Positions 34,558-46,200 of a stretch of 64,000 nt of DNA are shown piece by piece. Below the pieces are notes generated by a model. That model ran no database searches. It was given only the letters and a program-made list of their open reading frames with translations, and was not told where the DNA came from. Position numbers and translations under genes: made by a program. Each line of letters starts with the position of its first letter. The first letter of the stretch is position 1. The DNA is from an uncultured Eubacteriales bacterium (GTDB lineage: Bacteria > Bacillota > Clostridia > Oscillospirales > CAG-272), in NCBI GenBank assembly GCA_948467545.1, contig CAOKER010000001.1:287477-351476 (forward strand), written 5' to 3'.

Positions 34558-35634
34558 ATGAAAGAACTCAAAAAGAATTGTATGTGGTCGCTTGTTGTTC
34601 CTTCGAGTATGGGAGTTCGTATTACCCCGGCGGAAGGACAGCCCGTTCATTGCAGCGATACATTTAAGCTTCAGGCGACGAGCGCGGAGACGAATGTCGC
34701 AAGTATTTCTTCGTATCTCGGTCTGCCGGTAAAGGTGCTTACGACTTTTGTAAAGGACAGTCCGGTCGCCGGTTTTATCAAAGGCGATCTCCGCAGACGC
34801 GGTATGGCATTTGAAGGCGCCGAGGTTGAGCAGGGCGGTCCTTGGGGCTATCGTCATCAGTTCAATATAGCCGACAGCGGATACGGAAGCAGAGGACCGC
34901 GGGTTACAAACGACCGTGCCGGAGAAGTGGGACGGACATTAAATATAAAGGACTTTGATCTTGAGCGTATCTTCGGCATAGAGGGAGTTCAGCTTATTCA
35001 TCTTTCCGGTCTTATCGCGGCGCTTTCTCCGGAAACAAGTACATTTTGTCTTGAGCTTGCACGCGCGGCAAAAAAATACGGTACTCTCATTTCCTTTGAT
35101 CTCAACTACAGAGCCAGCTTTTGGAAAGGACGTGAGAAGGAGCTTTCGGAGGTATTTAAAGAAATTGTTTCTGCGTCCGATATTCTTATAGGCAATGAGG
35201 AGGATTATCAGCTCTGTCTCGGCATTAAAGGTCCCGAAGCGGGAGGCGTTGATATTGCCTCAAAGATCGACAGCTTTAAGGATATGATAGAACGTACGAG
35301 CAGGGAATATCCCAATGTATCGGTTTTTGCTACCACTCTCCGTCAGGTTGTAAATGCAAATGAGCATCTTTGGGGAGCTATAATGCGCACGGAGGACGGA
35401 TGGCAGATTGTTGAGCCGAGGCCTATTCATGTTCTTGACCGTATCGGCGGCGGAGACGGATTTGTCGGCGGTATGCTTTATGCGATTCTCAGGGGTTGGG
35501 AAAGCGAGAAATGTATACAGTTCGGATGGGCGTCGGGCGCGCTTGCCACTACCTTCCTCACCGACTACGCCCAGCCTGCCGACGAAGATCAGATTTGGAG
35601 CGTATGGAGCGGAAACGCGCGCGTAAAACGCTGA
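34558..35634 (+). CDS. PfkB-family sugar kinase (2-dehydro-3-deoxygluconokinase-like)
   Basis: 358 aa. C-terminal PfkB signature DRIGGGDGFVGGMLYAIL. Confidence 0.75.
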   Translation: MKELKKNCMWSLVVPSSMGVRITPAEGQPVHCSDTFKLQATSAETNVASISSYLGLPVKVLTTFVKDSPVAGFIKGDLRRRGMAFEGAEVEQGGPWGYRHQFNIADSGYGSRGPRVTNDRAGEVGRTLNIKDFDLERIFGIEGVQLIHLSGLIAALSPETSTFCLELARAAKKYGTLISFDLNYRASFWKGREKELSEVFKEIVSASDILIGNEEDYQLCLGIKGPEAGGVDIASKIDSFKDMIERTSREYPNVSVFATTLRQVVNANEHLWGAIMRTEDGWQIVEPRPIHVLDRIGGGDGFVGGMLYAILRGWESEKCIQFGWASGALATTFLTDYAQPADEDQIWSVWSGNARVKR

Positions 35635-35690
35635 AAATTTGTATATTATTATAAATATGCAGATGCATGAATAAAAATTCAAAAAAGGTA

Positions 35691-35719
35691 TTGACAAAAG
35701 CGATTGAAGTGTGTATAAT
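35691..35719 (+). promoter_or_regulatory. Sigma-70 promoter of argG
   Basis: TTGACA, 17 nt, TATAAT. Confidence 0.6.
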
Positions 35720-35755
35720 ATACGTATAATTATTCAGCGCACATTTGAATGCCGA

Positions 35756-35772
35756 ATGTATTTTAATTACAT
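35756..35772. promoter_or_regulatory. Weak candidate ArgR/AhrC-type operator (imperfect AT-rich palindrome)
   Basis: ATGTATTTTAATTACAT just downstream of the argG promoter, next to TTGAATGCCGAAT. It only loosely resembles the ARG box TGAAT-wwww-ATTCA. Confidence 0.3.
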
Positions 35773-35893
35773 ATTAAAAACAGGCGGCGCAGAGCACGGC
35801 GCATAGATTTAGTGTATTGGTGTATTGGTGTAAACGGAGTTTTTACACTGCGCTGCGGCGACACAATATATACGAAAGGCATGGTCATATATT

Positions 35894-37120
35894 ATGAATA
35901 ACATCGACAAAAGCAAAATTAAAAAGGTTGTTTTGGCATATTCGGGCGGACTTGACACGTCAATAATTATTCCGTGGCTAAAGGAAAATTATAATAACTG
36001 CGAAGTAATTGCGGTTTCCGCAAACGTAGGTCAGGCCGATGAGCTTGACGGACTTGAGGAAAAGGCTAAGAAAACAGGTGCGTCAAAGCTTTATGTGCTT
36101 GATCTCACGGACGATTATGTTGATAATTATATAATTCCTACTATGAAGGCCGGGGCTGTTTATGAGGAATATCTTTTGGGAACAAGTCATGCGCGTCCGT
36201 GTATTGCAAAGGCGCTTGTCGATATTGCCAAAAAGGAAAATGCGGATGCAATTTGTCACGGGTGCACGGGCAAAGGCAATGATCAGGTGAGATTTGAGCT
36301 TGTATTTAAGTATTTTGCTCCGGAGCTTCCGATTATTGCTCCGTGGAGAGAATGGGATATTAAATCGCGTGATGAAGAGATAGATTATGCGGAGGCGCAC
36401 GATATTCCGCTTAAGATAAACCGCGAGACAAACTATTCCAAGGACAAAAATCTGTGGCATCTTTCTCATGAAGGGCTCGACCTTGAGGATACGGGGAATG
36501 AACCGCAGTATGAGCATAAAGGCTTTCTTGAAATGGGAGTTTCGCCGATCGATGCTCCGGACATTCCCGAATATGTGACTTTGGATTTTGAACAGGGAAT
36601 TCCCGTTGCTTTGAACGGCGAGAAAATGAGTGCAAAAAATATAATTTATAAGCTCAATGAGCTTGGCGGAAAGAACGGGATAGGAATTATTGATATTGTT
36701 GAAAACCGTCTTGTGGGTATGAAGTGCCGCGGAGTGTACGAAACTCCGGGCGGAGCGATATTGTATAAAGCGCACAGCGTACTTGAATCGCTTTGTCTTG
36801 ATAAGCTCACAATGCATGAAAAACAGAAGATGTCCGTAACATTCGCGGAGCTTGTTTATAACGGCTTGTGGTTTTCGCCGCTTCGCGAGGCGCTCTCTGC
36901 TTTTGTTGACAAAACACAGGAAAAGGTTACCGGAAAGGTTAAACTTAAGCTTTATAAGGGCAATATGATTAATGCCGGTGTCTGGAGTCCGAATTCACTT
37001 TACAGCGAGGAAATTGCAACCTTCGGCGAGAGTGATTACGATCAGACGGACGCATCGGGCTTTATCAATCTTTTTGGACTTCCGACAAAGGTTCAGGCCA
37101 TGGTTGAAGGCAGAAAATAA
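35894..37120 (+). CDS. argG: Argininosuccinate synthase
   Basis: 408 aa. ATP-binding [22 protein letters not shown]. Confidence 0.95.
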   Translation: MNNIDKSKIKKVVLAYSGGLDTSIIIPWLKENYNNCEVIAVSANVGQADELDGLEEKAKKTGASKLYVLDLTDDYVDNYIIPTMKAGAVYEEYLLGTSHARPCIAKALVDIAKKENADAICHGCTGKGNDQVRFELVFKYFAPELPIIAPWREWDIKSRDEEIDYAEAHDIPLKINRETNYSKDKNLWHLSHEGLDLEDTGNEPQYEHKGFLEMGVSPIDAPDIPEYVTLDFEQGIPVALNGEKMSAKNIIYKLNELGGKNGIGIIDIVENRLVGMKCRGVYETPGGAILYKAHSVLESLCLDKLTMHEKQKMSVTFAELVYNGLWFSPLREALSAFVDKTQEKVTGKVKLKLYKGNMINAGVWSPNSLYSEEIATFGESDYDQTDASGFINLFGLPTKVQAMVEGRK

Positions 37121-37162
37121 ATTGTTTGAGTTGTTTAATACGGGAAGGACAGACGCATATAA

Positions 37163-38539
37163 ATGGTGAAAATGTGGGCCGGCAGAACTGACGGCGAGAC
37201 AAGTAAGCTTGCTGATGATTTTAATTCGTCGATAAGCTTCGACAGCAGAATGTACAGAGAGGATATCAGAGGAAGCATGGCGCACGCCGCTATGCTTGGC
37301 GCTGTCGGAATTATATCCGAGGCTGATACCGAACTTTTAATTGACGGACTGACCGGAATTCTTGATGATCTTGAAAACGGACGTCTTGAGCTTGATTCCG
37401 AATGTGAAGATATACATATGTTTGTCGAGCAGATTTTGACTTCGAGGCTCGGAGATGTAGGAAAAAAGCTTCATACGGCGCGCAGCCGCAACGATCAGGT
37501 TGCGCTCGATCTCCGTATGTATCTTCGCGGGGAGCTTGACAAGATTACAGAGCTTCTGAAAACGTTGATTGAAACGATAACACGGACTGCTGAAAAGTAC
37601 AAAGCTGTAATCATGCCGGGATATACTCATCTTCAGCGAGCGCAGCCGGTCACTTTCGGACATCATCTTATGGCTTATGTAATGATGCTGTCACGCGATT
37701 CCGAGCGGCTGTCAGACTGCCGTAAACGTATGAATATCTCTCCGATCGGCTGCTGTGCGCTTGCGGGAACCACGTATCATACCGACAGAAGGTTTGAGGC
37801 GGAAAGGCTTGGATTCGACGGAATATGTCTGAATTCAATGGACGGTGTGTCCGACAGGGATTTTTGCGCTGAACTTATATCCGATATTTCGATTGTAATG
37901 ATGCATCTTTCAAGATTTGCCGAGGAACTGATTTTATGGTCGAGCTGGGAGTTTAAGTTTGTGGAAATTTCGGATGCTTATACAACCGGCTCGTCGATTA
38001 TGCCTCAGAAAAAAAATCCGGATATGGCTGAACTTGTCCGAGGCAAGACCGGCAGGGTATACGGTGACTTAATGTCTATCCTGACAACTCTGAAGGGACT
38101 GCCGCTTGCATATAATAAGGATATGCAGGAGGACAAGGAGGCTGTCTTTGACGCATGCGATACCGCAGTGATGTGTCTTCGTGTTTTTGACGGTATGATA
38201 GCTTCTATGTCTGTCAACGCCGATAATATGAAGAGGGCTGCTCAAAAGGGATTTATCAATGCGACCGATCTTGCCGATTACCTTGTGCGTAAGGGGCTTC
38301 CGTTCCGCTCGGCTTATAAAATTTCGGGGCAGATTGTTTCCGAATGTTTGAAATCTGATGCCGTGCTTGAAGAGCTGCCGATAGAAGAATACAGAAAATA
38401 TAGCGATCTTTTTGATACCGATCTCTATGATGAAATAAGTCTTGAGGCTTGTGTTAAAAAGAGAATAAGCGAAGGCGGTACGTCTGTAGATTCGGTTGAA
38501 ATGCAGATACAATATATTAAAGAAAGATATAATTTTTAA
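37163..38539 (+). CDS. argH: Argininosuccinate lyase
   Basis: 458 aa. Fumarate-lyase signature GSSIMPQKKNPD. The start could instead be the ATG at 37172. Confidence 0.95.
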   Translation: MVKMWAGRTDGETSKLADDFNSSISFDSRMYREDIRGSMAHAAMLGAVGIISEADTELLIDGLTGILDDLENGRLELDSECEDIHMFVEQILTSRLGDVGKKLHTARSRNDQVALDLRMYLRGELDKITELLKTLIETITRTAEKYKAVIMPGYTHLQRAQPVTFGHHLMAYVMMLSRDSERLSDCRKRMNISPIGCCALAGTTYHTDRRFEAERLGFDGICLNSMDGVSDRDFCAELISDISIVMMHLSRFAEELILWSSWEFKFVEISDAYTTGSSIMPQKKNPDMAELVRGKTGRVYGDLMSILTTLKGLPLAYNKDMQEDKEAVFDACDTAVMCLRVFDGMIASMSVNADNMKRAAQKGFINATDLADYLVRKGLPFRSAYKISGQIVSECLKSDAVLEELPIEEYRKYSDLFDTDLYDEISLEACVKKRISEGGTSVDSVEMQIQYIKERYNF

Positions 38540-38672
38540 TTATATAAATAAGACTGAAGAAATTTTCAGTACGAAGCTTTATACTTTTTTGCTGGTGTAG
38601 TTAGCCGGGCGGCATTTATGTATAGCCGTTTTGATAGAGCTTCAAGTAGATTTGAAAGGTAGGATTATATTT

Positions 38673-39548
38673 ATGAAGAAAATTATTGCTGTTTTAATGA
38701 CTGCAGCGCTGCTGCTTGCAGGACTTTCCGGATGTGCGAGTGATGCGGGCGCAAAGACGCCGAGCATCGGAGAAGCCGGCACGGGTGAGACGGCTGCAAA
38801 TGAAGCAACGGGAGAGACATCGGATGCCAAAGGCTTAACAATTGATGATCTTAAAAAAGCAGGTCAGCTTGTGATTGCCACAAGTCCTGATTTTCCGCCT
38901 TTTGAGTCCCTGGGAACAGACGGCGCCGTAGAGGGAATCGAGATTGACATTCTTAAACTGATATGCGAAAAGCTTGAGGTAGAGCTTAAAATTGAACAGG
39001 TGGATTTTGAAACAATAATTCCGGGAGTTAAGGCAGGAAAGTTTAATGCCGGAGTATCTGGAATTACCGTTGATGAAAAGCGTCAGAAAAATGCTTTGTT
39101 TACAGATCCGTACTGTCTTGCTGCACAGGCGATCGTTGTAGTCGAAGGAAGTGATATTAAGGGAAAGAGTGATCTGGAGGGTAAGAAAATATCTGTTCAG
39201 ACAGCTACAACAGCTGAAAGCTTCTGCACCGAAAACGGATATGATGTAAAATCATTTGCCGCAAACAACGACGCGCAGTCCGCACTTCTTACAGGTAAGG
39301 TCGACGCTTGGGTAATCGACGATCTCACTGCCGCCGAAATGGTAAAGGACTACAATGCAAAGGGAGACCAGAAGCTTGTTATTCTCGACGAGGCTATGAC
39401 AACAGAGCCGTATGCCTTCGCGTTTGCTCATGGCAGCGATGCGCTTGTTGCCGAAATCAACACTATTATTTCTGAGCTTCTCAGCGACGGAACAATTAAA
39501 GATATTTTTGCAAAATACGGTGCGCCTTACACATCGCCTGTTGAATGA
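38673..39548 (+). CDS. Amino-acid ABC transporter substrate-binding lipoprotein
   Basis: Lipobox LLLAGLSGCAS. Type-3 periplasmic-binding-protein features (ATSPDFPPFE, GFDVDI-like GIEIDIL). Confidence 0.85.
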   Translation: MKKIIAVLMTAALLLAGLSGCASDAGAKTPSIGEAGTGETAANEATGETSDAKGLTIDDLKKAGQLVIATSPDFPPFESLGTDGAVEGIEIDILKLICEKLEVELKIEQVDFETIIPGVKAGKFNAGVSGITVDEKRQKNALFTDPYCLAAQAIVVVEGSDIKGKSDLEGKKISVQTATTAESFCTENGYDVKSFAANNDAQSALLTGKVDAWVIDDLTAAEMVKDYNAKGDQKLVILDEAMTTEPYAFAFAHGSDALVAEINTIISELLSDGTIKDIFAKYGAPYTSPVE

Positions 39549-39566
39549 TTTAGTTTGAAATTTTGC

Positions 39567-39604
39567 GGGATAAAGAGGTTTATGTCTTTATCCCGTTTGT
39601 TTAT
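39567..39604 (+). terminator. Hairpin attenuator/terminator between the binding-protein and permease genes
   Basis: GGGATAAAGA-GGTTTATG-TCTTTATCCC followed by GTTTGTTTATT. Confidence 0.6.
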
Positions 39605-39624
39605 TGACGATGGGAGGGAATAAC

Positions 39625-40344
39625 TTGAGCGCATGGTTTGCGGGGCTTTATGAGAGCTTTAATTCATGGCTTGCAAAGCTTTATGAGACTTTTATAGAAA
39701 CACAGTATTACAAAATGCTTATAGAGGGATTCAGAAATACTATAATAATAACGCTGGGTGCTCTTTTGATAGGCGTAATTATCGGTACGCTTATCGCTGT
39801 AATAAAGTATTTTGCTGAGGATACTCCGGCGCTTCGACCTTTTGCGGTGCTGTGCAATCTGTACATAACGGTAATAAGAGGAATACCGGTGGTGGTTCTT
39901 CTTCTTATATTCTATTTTATAATTATGAAATCTGCTGAAGGGATAACCGTCGGTATTTTTACATTCGGTATAAATTCGGGCGCGTATATGGCGGAGCTTA
40001 TAAGAAGCGGTATTAATGCGGTGGATTCTCATCAGATGGAAGCGGGGCGCAGTCTTGGAATGTCAAAATTGCAGGCTACAAGAAAGGTTGTATTTCCGCA
40101 GGCGATACGAAATATTCTTCCGGCGATCGGAAATGAGCTTATAGCCCTATTGAAGGAGACTTCGGTTGCCGGATATGTTGCGGTCGTTGACCTTACAAGG
40201 GCCGGGAATTTAATCAGAAACAATACTTTTGACGCAGTAAACCCGCTTTTGTCTGTTGCGCTGATATATCTGATTCTTGTAATTTTATTAACCAGACTGC
40301 TGCATTTGCTTGAAAGGAGACTCGGTAAAAGTGATAAGCGTTAA
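39625..40344 (+). CDS. Amino-acid ABC transporter permease (His/Glu/Gln/Arg/opine family)
   Basis: ORF 39604..40344. Preferred start is TTG 39625, which has GGGAGGG 6 nt upstream. EAA-loop-like [23 protein letters not shown]. Confidence 0.8.
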   Translation: MSAWFAGLYESFNSWLAKLYETFIETQYYKMLIEGFRNTIIITLGALLIGVIIGTLIAVIKYFAEDTPALRPFAVLCNLYITVIRGIPVVVLLLIFYFIIMKSAEGITVGIFTFGINSGAYMAELIRSGINAVDSHQMEAGRSLGMSKLQATRKVVFPQAIRNILPAIGNELIALLKETSVAGYVAVVDLTRAGNLIRNNTFDAVNPLLSVALIYLILVILLTRLLHLLERRLGKSDKR

Positions 40345-41053
40345 AAAACTTAAAAAGAGTTTTCACGAGGTTGAGGTGCTCAAAGGAATCGATGTTGAGA
40401 TAGACAAGGGAGAGGTTGTCTGCGTAATAGGTCCGTCCGGTTCTGGAAAATCCACCTTTTTGCGCTGTCTGAATCTTCTTGAAAAGCCGACTGAGGGACA
40501 GATTTTCTTTGAAGGAGACGACCTTACCGACCCTAAAATAAATCTGAATCTCCATAGGCAAAAAATGGGGATGGTATTTCAGCAATTTAATCTGTTTCCG
40601 CATATGTCTATAATGGAAAATCTTACGTGCGCGCCCGTAATGCTCAAAAAAATGACAAAAGAACAGGCGCAGAAAAAGGCGCTTGAGCTGCTTGGAAAGG
40701 TTGGGCTTGAAGACCGCGCGCGGGATTATCCGAGACAGCTTTCGGGCGGGCAGCAGCAGCGCGTTGCCATTGTCCGCGCACTCTGTATGGAGCCCGACGT
40801 TATGCTTTTTGACGAGCCGACAAGCGCGCTTGATCCTGAAATGGTCGGTGAGGTTCTTGAGGTTATGAAAAATCTCGCAAGGGACGGCATGACTATGGTT
40901 GTCGTCACTCATGAAATGGGGTTTGCACGCGAGGTGGCAAGCCGTGTTCTTTTCCTTGATGACGGCTGCATAGTGGAGGACGGTTCTCCGGCGCAGATAT
41001 TTGAAAACCCGCAGAGCGACAGGCTCCGCTCTTTTCTTGCAAAGGTTCTATAA
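40331..41053 (+). CDS. Amino-acid ABC transporter ATP-binding protein (GlnQ-like)
   Basis: GTG start overlapping the permease stop. Walker [10 protein letters not shown], signature LSGGQQQR, Walker [12 protein letters not shown]. Confidence 0.9.
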   Translation: MISVKKLKKSFHEVEVLKGIDVEIDKGEVVCVIGPSGSGKSTFLRCLNLLEKPTEGQIFFEGDDLTDPKINLNLHRQKMGMVFQQFNLFPHMSIMENLTCAPVMLKKMTKEQAQKKALELLGKVGLEDRARDYPRQLSGGQQQRVAIVRALCMEPDVMLFDEPTSALDPEMVGEVLEVMKNLARDGMTMVVVTHEMGFAREVASRVLFLDDGCIVEDGSPAQIFENPQSDRLRSFLAKVL

Positions 41054-41126
41054 CGGCGGGTTTTCCTGTCAGGATACTTAAGGACATTGTTGTTTATATA
41101 AAAATATTTTTAGAGGGGATTTGTGA

Positions 41127-42116
41127 ATGATTTCACTTAAAAACAGAAGTTTTCTCAAGCTTCTTGATTTTACACCTGAGGAGATTAATTATCTTCTCGA
41201 CCTTGCGGCTGAGCTTAAGGATAAAAAGAAAAGGAGAATACCGCACCGTTTCTGCGAGGGGAAAAATATAGCTCTTATATTTGAAAAAACGAGTACAAGA
41301 ACTCGGTGTTCATTTGAGGTTGCAGCTGCAGATCTTGGTATGCACTCGGTCTATCTTGATTCCGTCGGTTCGCAAATAGGAAAAAAAGAGAGCATTGCCG
41401 ATACCGCGCGAGTATTGGGACGTATGTTCGACGGAATAGAGTATCGCGGTTTTACTCAGAGCCTTGTAGAGTCTTTGGCAAGATATGCGGGAGTTCCGGT
41501 ATGGAACGGACTGACCAATGAATTTCACCCAACTCAGATTTTAGCTGACTTTATGACTGTAAAAGAGCATTTTGGATCGCTTTCCGGGAAAAAACTTGTT
41601 TATATGGGCGATGCAAGATATAATATGGGAAATTCACTGATGGCAGGATGTGCCAAAATGGGTATGAGTTTTGTCGCATGTTCTCCGGAAAAATATTTTC
41701 CGGAACCTGAGCTTGCAAAGCAGTGCAATCTTATCGCTTCTCAGACCGGAGGAAGTGTGGAATTCATTTCCGATCCCTCAGAAGCGGTCAAGGGGGCTGA
41801 TGTAATTTATACCGATGTATGGGTTTCGATGGGAGAACCCGAAGAAGTATGGGCGGAGAGAATACATGATCTGCTGCCGTACAGGGTAACTATGGAGCTT
41901 ATGAACAAAGCGGGCGACAGGTGTAAATTTATGCATTGTCTTCCGGCGTTTCATAATCTTGAAACAAAGACAGGCAGAAACATTTATGAAAAATTCGGTA
42001 TCGACTGCATGGAGGTTACCGACGAGGTTTTTGAAAGCGATCGTTCAATTGTCTTTGATGAGGCGGAAAACCGCATGCATACAATCAAGGCGGTAATGGC
42101 GGCTACGCTTGCGTGA
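41127..42116 (+). CDS. argF: Ornithine carbamoyltransferase
   Basis: 329 aa. STRTRCSFE carbamoyl-phosphate motif, HPTQ, HCLPA. Confidence 0.95.
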   Translation: MISLKNRSFLKLLDFTPEEINYLLDLAAELKDKKKRRIPHRFCEGKNIALIFEKTSTRTRCSFEVAAADLGMHSVYLDSVGSQIGKKESIADTARVLGRMFDGIEYRGFTQSLVESLARYAGVPVWNGLTNEFHPTQILADFMTVKEHFGSLSGKKLVYMGDARYNMGNSLMAGCAKMGMSFVACSPEKYFPEPELAKQCNLIASQTGGSVEFISDPSEAVKGADVIYTDVWVSMGEPEEVWAERIHDLLPYRVTMELMNKAGDRCKFMHCLPAFHNLETKTGRNIYEKFGIDCMEVTDEVFESDRSIVFDEAENRMHTIKAVMAATLA

Positions 42117-42152
42117 AGCACTTTTTTACTCCAGAAAGGCATGGTTATTATT

Positions 42153-43223
42153 ATGAGGAAAGCATATCTGATTTTGAATAATGGCATGGTATTTGAGGGA
42201 GAGGGAATCGGCGCTTTCAGAGATTCTGTCGGAGAGCTTGTTTTTACAACCGGTATGGTTGGATATCTTGAAACGCTTACCGATCCAAGCTATGCGGGAC
42301 AAATAGTTATTCAAACCTTCCCGCTTATAGGAAATTACGGGGTTATCGAATCCGATTTTGAGGGAACTCCTGCTTTGAACGGTTATATTTTACGCGAGTG
42401 CTGCGCGTCTCCTTCGAACTTTCGGTCGGAATATGAGCTTGACCGTTTTCTTTCGGAGAAAGGAATACCGGGAATCTGCGGAATTGACACACGCAGGCTT
42501 ACCCGCATAATCAGGGAAGAGGGCGTAATGAACGCTAAGATTTGCTCGGAAATTCCGGATGACTGTTCTGAGCTTGGAAGCTATACGGTAAGCGGTGCGG
42601 TCGAAAAAGTAAGCTGCAAAGAAAAGAAGCTTTATCAGGCAGAAGCTGCAAAGAAATTTTCGGTTGTGCTTATCGACTACGGCGCCAAGCGAAATATTGT
42701 CAGAAGCTTGTGCCGAAGAGGCTGCGAGGTTACCGTAGTGCCATATAATACTTCCGCTGAGGAGATAATCGGATTGAATCCGGACGGAGTTATGCTTTCA
42801 AACGGTCCGGGTAACCCTGAGGATAATACATATTGTATAGAGCAGATTTCAAAGCTTATAGGAAGTATTCCGATGTTTGGAATATGTCTCGGACATCAGC
42901 TTGCCGCTCTTGCAATGGGGGGCAAAACCGAGAAGCTCAGATACGGGCATCGCGGTGCAAATCAGCCTGTGAGGGATCTCGTCGGAACCAGAACCTTTAT
43001 TACAAGTCAGAATCACGGATATGCGGTTGTTGCCGACAGTCTTAGCGGTGTCGGTACTTTGCGTTATATCAATATGAATGACGGCAGCTGCGAGGGCATT
43101 GATTATCCGGGGGCAAAATGCTTTACCGTACAGTTTCACCCGGAAGCGTGTTCAGGTCCTCATGATACCGAATTTTTATTTGACAGATTTACCGAAATGA
43201 TGGGAGGAAATTGCAATGCCTAA
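42153..43223 (+). CDS. carA: Carbamoyl-phosphate synthase small (glutaminase) subunit
   Basis: Start MRKAYLILNNG. Triad-region GICLGHQ, and HGYAV..FHPE. Confidence 0.95.
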   Translation: MRKAYLILNNGMVFEGEGIGAFRDSVGELVFTTGMVGYLETLTDPSYAGQIVIQTFPLIGNYGVIESDFEGTPALNGYILRECCASPSNFRSEYELDRFLSEKGIPGICGIDTRRLTRIIREEGVMNAKICSEIPDDCSELGSYTVSGAVEKVSCKEKKLYQAEAAKKFSVVLIDYGAKRNIVRSLCRRGCEVTVVPYNTSAEEIIGLNPDGVMLSNGPGNPEDNTYCIEQISKLIGSIPMFGICLGHQLAALAMGGKTEKLRYGHRGANQPVRDLVGTRTFITSQNHGYAVVADSLSGVGTLRYINMNDGSCEGIDYPGAKCFTVQFHPEACSGPHDTEFLFDRFTEMMGGNCNA

Positions 43224-46200
43224 GGACAGCTCTATCCGAAAAGTTCTGGTGATCGGTTCCGGTCCGATTGTTATCGGACAGGCAGCCGAATTTGACTACG
43301 CGGGAGCGCAGGCGTGCCGTATTCTTCGTGAAGAAGGTATTAATGTTGTTCTCGTAAATTCCAACCCTGCAACCATCATGACCGATAAGAATCTGGCGGA
43401 TGAAATTTATCTTGAACCGCTTAATAAGGAAACTGTGGCAAGAATCATCGAAAAAGAAAGACCTGACAGTCTGCTTGCAGGACTGGGAGGTCAAACCGGA
43501 CTTACAATAGCTATGCAGCTTTCGCGTGACGGAGTGCTTGAAAAATACGGCGTTCGCCTGCTCGGATCTGACATTGACGCCATAGACAAGGCGGAGGACC
43601 GTGAACTGTTCCGTGATACTATGAAACAGATAGGTCAGCCGGTTGTTCCGTCGGATATTGCACAGGAGCTTCAGACGGCTCTCGATATTGCAGACAGAAT
43701 CGGATATCCGGTAATTGTCCGCCCTGCTTTTACTCTCGGAGGATCGGGCGGCGGAATAGCCAATACGAGAGAAGAGCTTCAGACCATTGCCGCAACCGGT
43801 CTCGATATGTCGCCGATCGGACAGATTCTTGTAGAGAAATGTATCTCCGGATGGAAGGAAATAGAATTCGAGACAATGCGAGACAGTGTGGGAAATGTCA
43901 TTGCCATATGTTCGATGGAGAATTTTGATCCGGTTGGTATTCATACAGGCGATTCGATTGTTACCGCACCTGCTCTGACGCTCTCCGACAAGGAATATCA
44001 GATGCTTCGTTCCGCATCACTCGACATGATTTCGGCTCTTGGGATTGTAGGCGGCTGTAACTGTCAGTTCGCGCTCAATCCGGACAGCTTTGAATATGCG
44101 GTAATCGAAGTAAATCCGCGTGTATCGCGTTCGTCGGCGCTTGCTTCTAAGGCTACAGGTTATCCTATAGCTAAAATAACCACTAAAATTGCTCTCGGAT
44201 ATACGCTTGACGAGATTAAAAATGATATAACAGGAAAGACATGTGCTTGCTTTGAACCGACGCTTGATTATGTGGTAGTCAAATTTCCTAAATGGCCGTT
44301 TGATAAATTTGCCGGTTCGAGCAGAAAGCTCGGTACCCAGATGAAAGCGACCGGCGAGGTTATGGCTATTGCCCAAAGCTTTGAGGCTGCTCTTATGAAG
44401 GCGGTCAGGGGTGCGGAAATATCTCTTGACACTCTTAATGCGGAGCCGATTTCGGACAAAAGTGTTCTTGATAGACTTTCTGAACAGGATGACCGGCGTC
44501 TGTTTACGGTTTTTGAAGCGCTGAAAAAGGGATTTTCAGTTGAAGAAATACATGGTATAACAAAAATAGACCGTTGGTTTCTTTATAAGCTTCAGAAAAT
44601 GGCTGACTTTGAGTTGTGTTTGGAACGCGACGGACTTAAAGAGGGCGATTATGCCAGGGCAAAACGGCTTGGATATACTGATGAGGCGATTTCCCGTATA
44701 AGCGGGGAAAAAAATCTTCCGAAGATGGATTTCAGCTATAAGATGGTTGACACCTGCGGAGCGGAGTTTGATGCGGAGACGCCGTATTTTTATTCATGTA
44801 CAGATGCGTACTGCGAGGCAAGGAGCTTTAAACGCAGCGGCCGCCCCGTGATCGTCGTAATCGGCTCCGGACCGATTCGTATCGGACAGGGAATTGAATT
44901 TGATTACAGCTCTGTGCACTGTGTATGGACGCTTCGCAAAATGGGATATGACGTTGTAATAGTAAACAATAATCCGGAAACAGTATCTACCGACTATGAT
45001 ACCGCCGACAGGCTTTATTTTGAACCTCTGTGTAAAGAAGACGTCATGAATATCATAAAGGTTGAAAATCCAATCGGAGTAGTTGTCGCTTTTGGAGGTC
45101 AGACTGCGATAAAGCTCACTCAGTATCTTGACGGGAAGGGAATTCGTATTCTCGGCACATCCGCAGAGGGAATTGATATAGCGGAGGACAGAGGACGCTT
45201 CGATGCGCTTCTTGAGAGCTTCGGAATAAGCAGACCTAAGGGATTTGGAGTTATAAGTACAGAAGAAGCCGTGGATGCGGCTGAAAAGCTTGGTTATCCT
45301 GTTCTTCTCAGACCTTCGTATGTAATCGGCGGGCAGAACATGATAATTTCCCGAACACAAAAGCAGACAGAGAGCTATATGGAAAAAATACTTTCCGAGG
45401 GAATTGACAATCCTGTTCTGATTGACAAATACATGCCGGGAACCGAGCTTGAGGTCGATGTTATATCCGACGGAACGGACGTTCTTATACCCGGAATTAT
45501 GGAGCATATTGAGCGTGCGGGAGTTCACAGCGGAGATTCGATTGCCGTATATCCTCCGTATAATCTGACCGACCGTCATCTTAAGAAAATCTGCGACTGT
45601 TCGGAAAAGCTTGCGCTTGCACTCGGAACTAAAGGGCTTGTCAACATTCAGTATCTGATATATGAAAATGATCTTTATGTAATCGAGGTTAATCCGCGTG
45701 CATCGAGAACAGTTCCGTATATCAGCAAGGTGACAAATGTTCCGATGGTTGATTTGGCTTCTGAGGTTATGCTCGGCAAAAGCCTTTCTGAGCTTGGTTA
45801 CGGAACCGGGCTGTACCGTACTCCTCCGTACTTTGCCGTGAAGGTTCCTGTTTTTTCGTTTGAAAAGCTTGACGATGCAAATTCGATTCTCGGTCCTGAA
45901 ATGAAATCAACGGGAGAAGTGCTCGGTGTCGGAAAATCCATGGAGGAGGCTTTATTCAAAGGACTTACGGCTGCCGGATTTAAAGTTCCGTCAAACCGCG
46001 GAGGTCACGGAGCAAGTGTTTTTATCAGCGTTGAGGAAAGCGATTATCAGGAGGTTATATCCCTTGCGAAGCGTTTCCATGATCTTGGGATAAGGCTTTA
46101 CGCGACAAGCGGAACCGCGGCTTCCATAGCCCAGCTTGGGATTGATGTTACTTCAGTTTCAAATTATTCCGACAGCGATGAAATATCCGAGCTTCTTGAA

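Noticed and set aside
35756-35772. ArgR/AhrC ARG box upstream of argG, considered as a confident regulatory site
   Set aside because: The palindrome ATGTA-N7-TACAT has the wrong half-site spacing relative to TGAAT-N4-ATTCA. It is kept only as a low-confidence feature.
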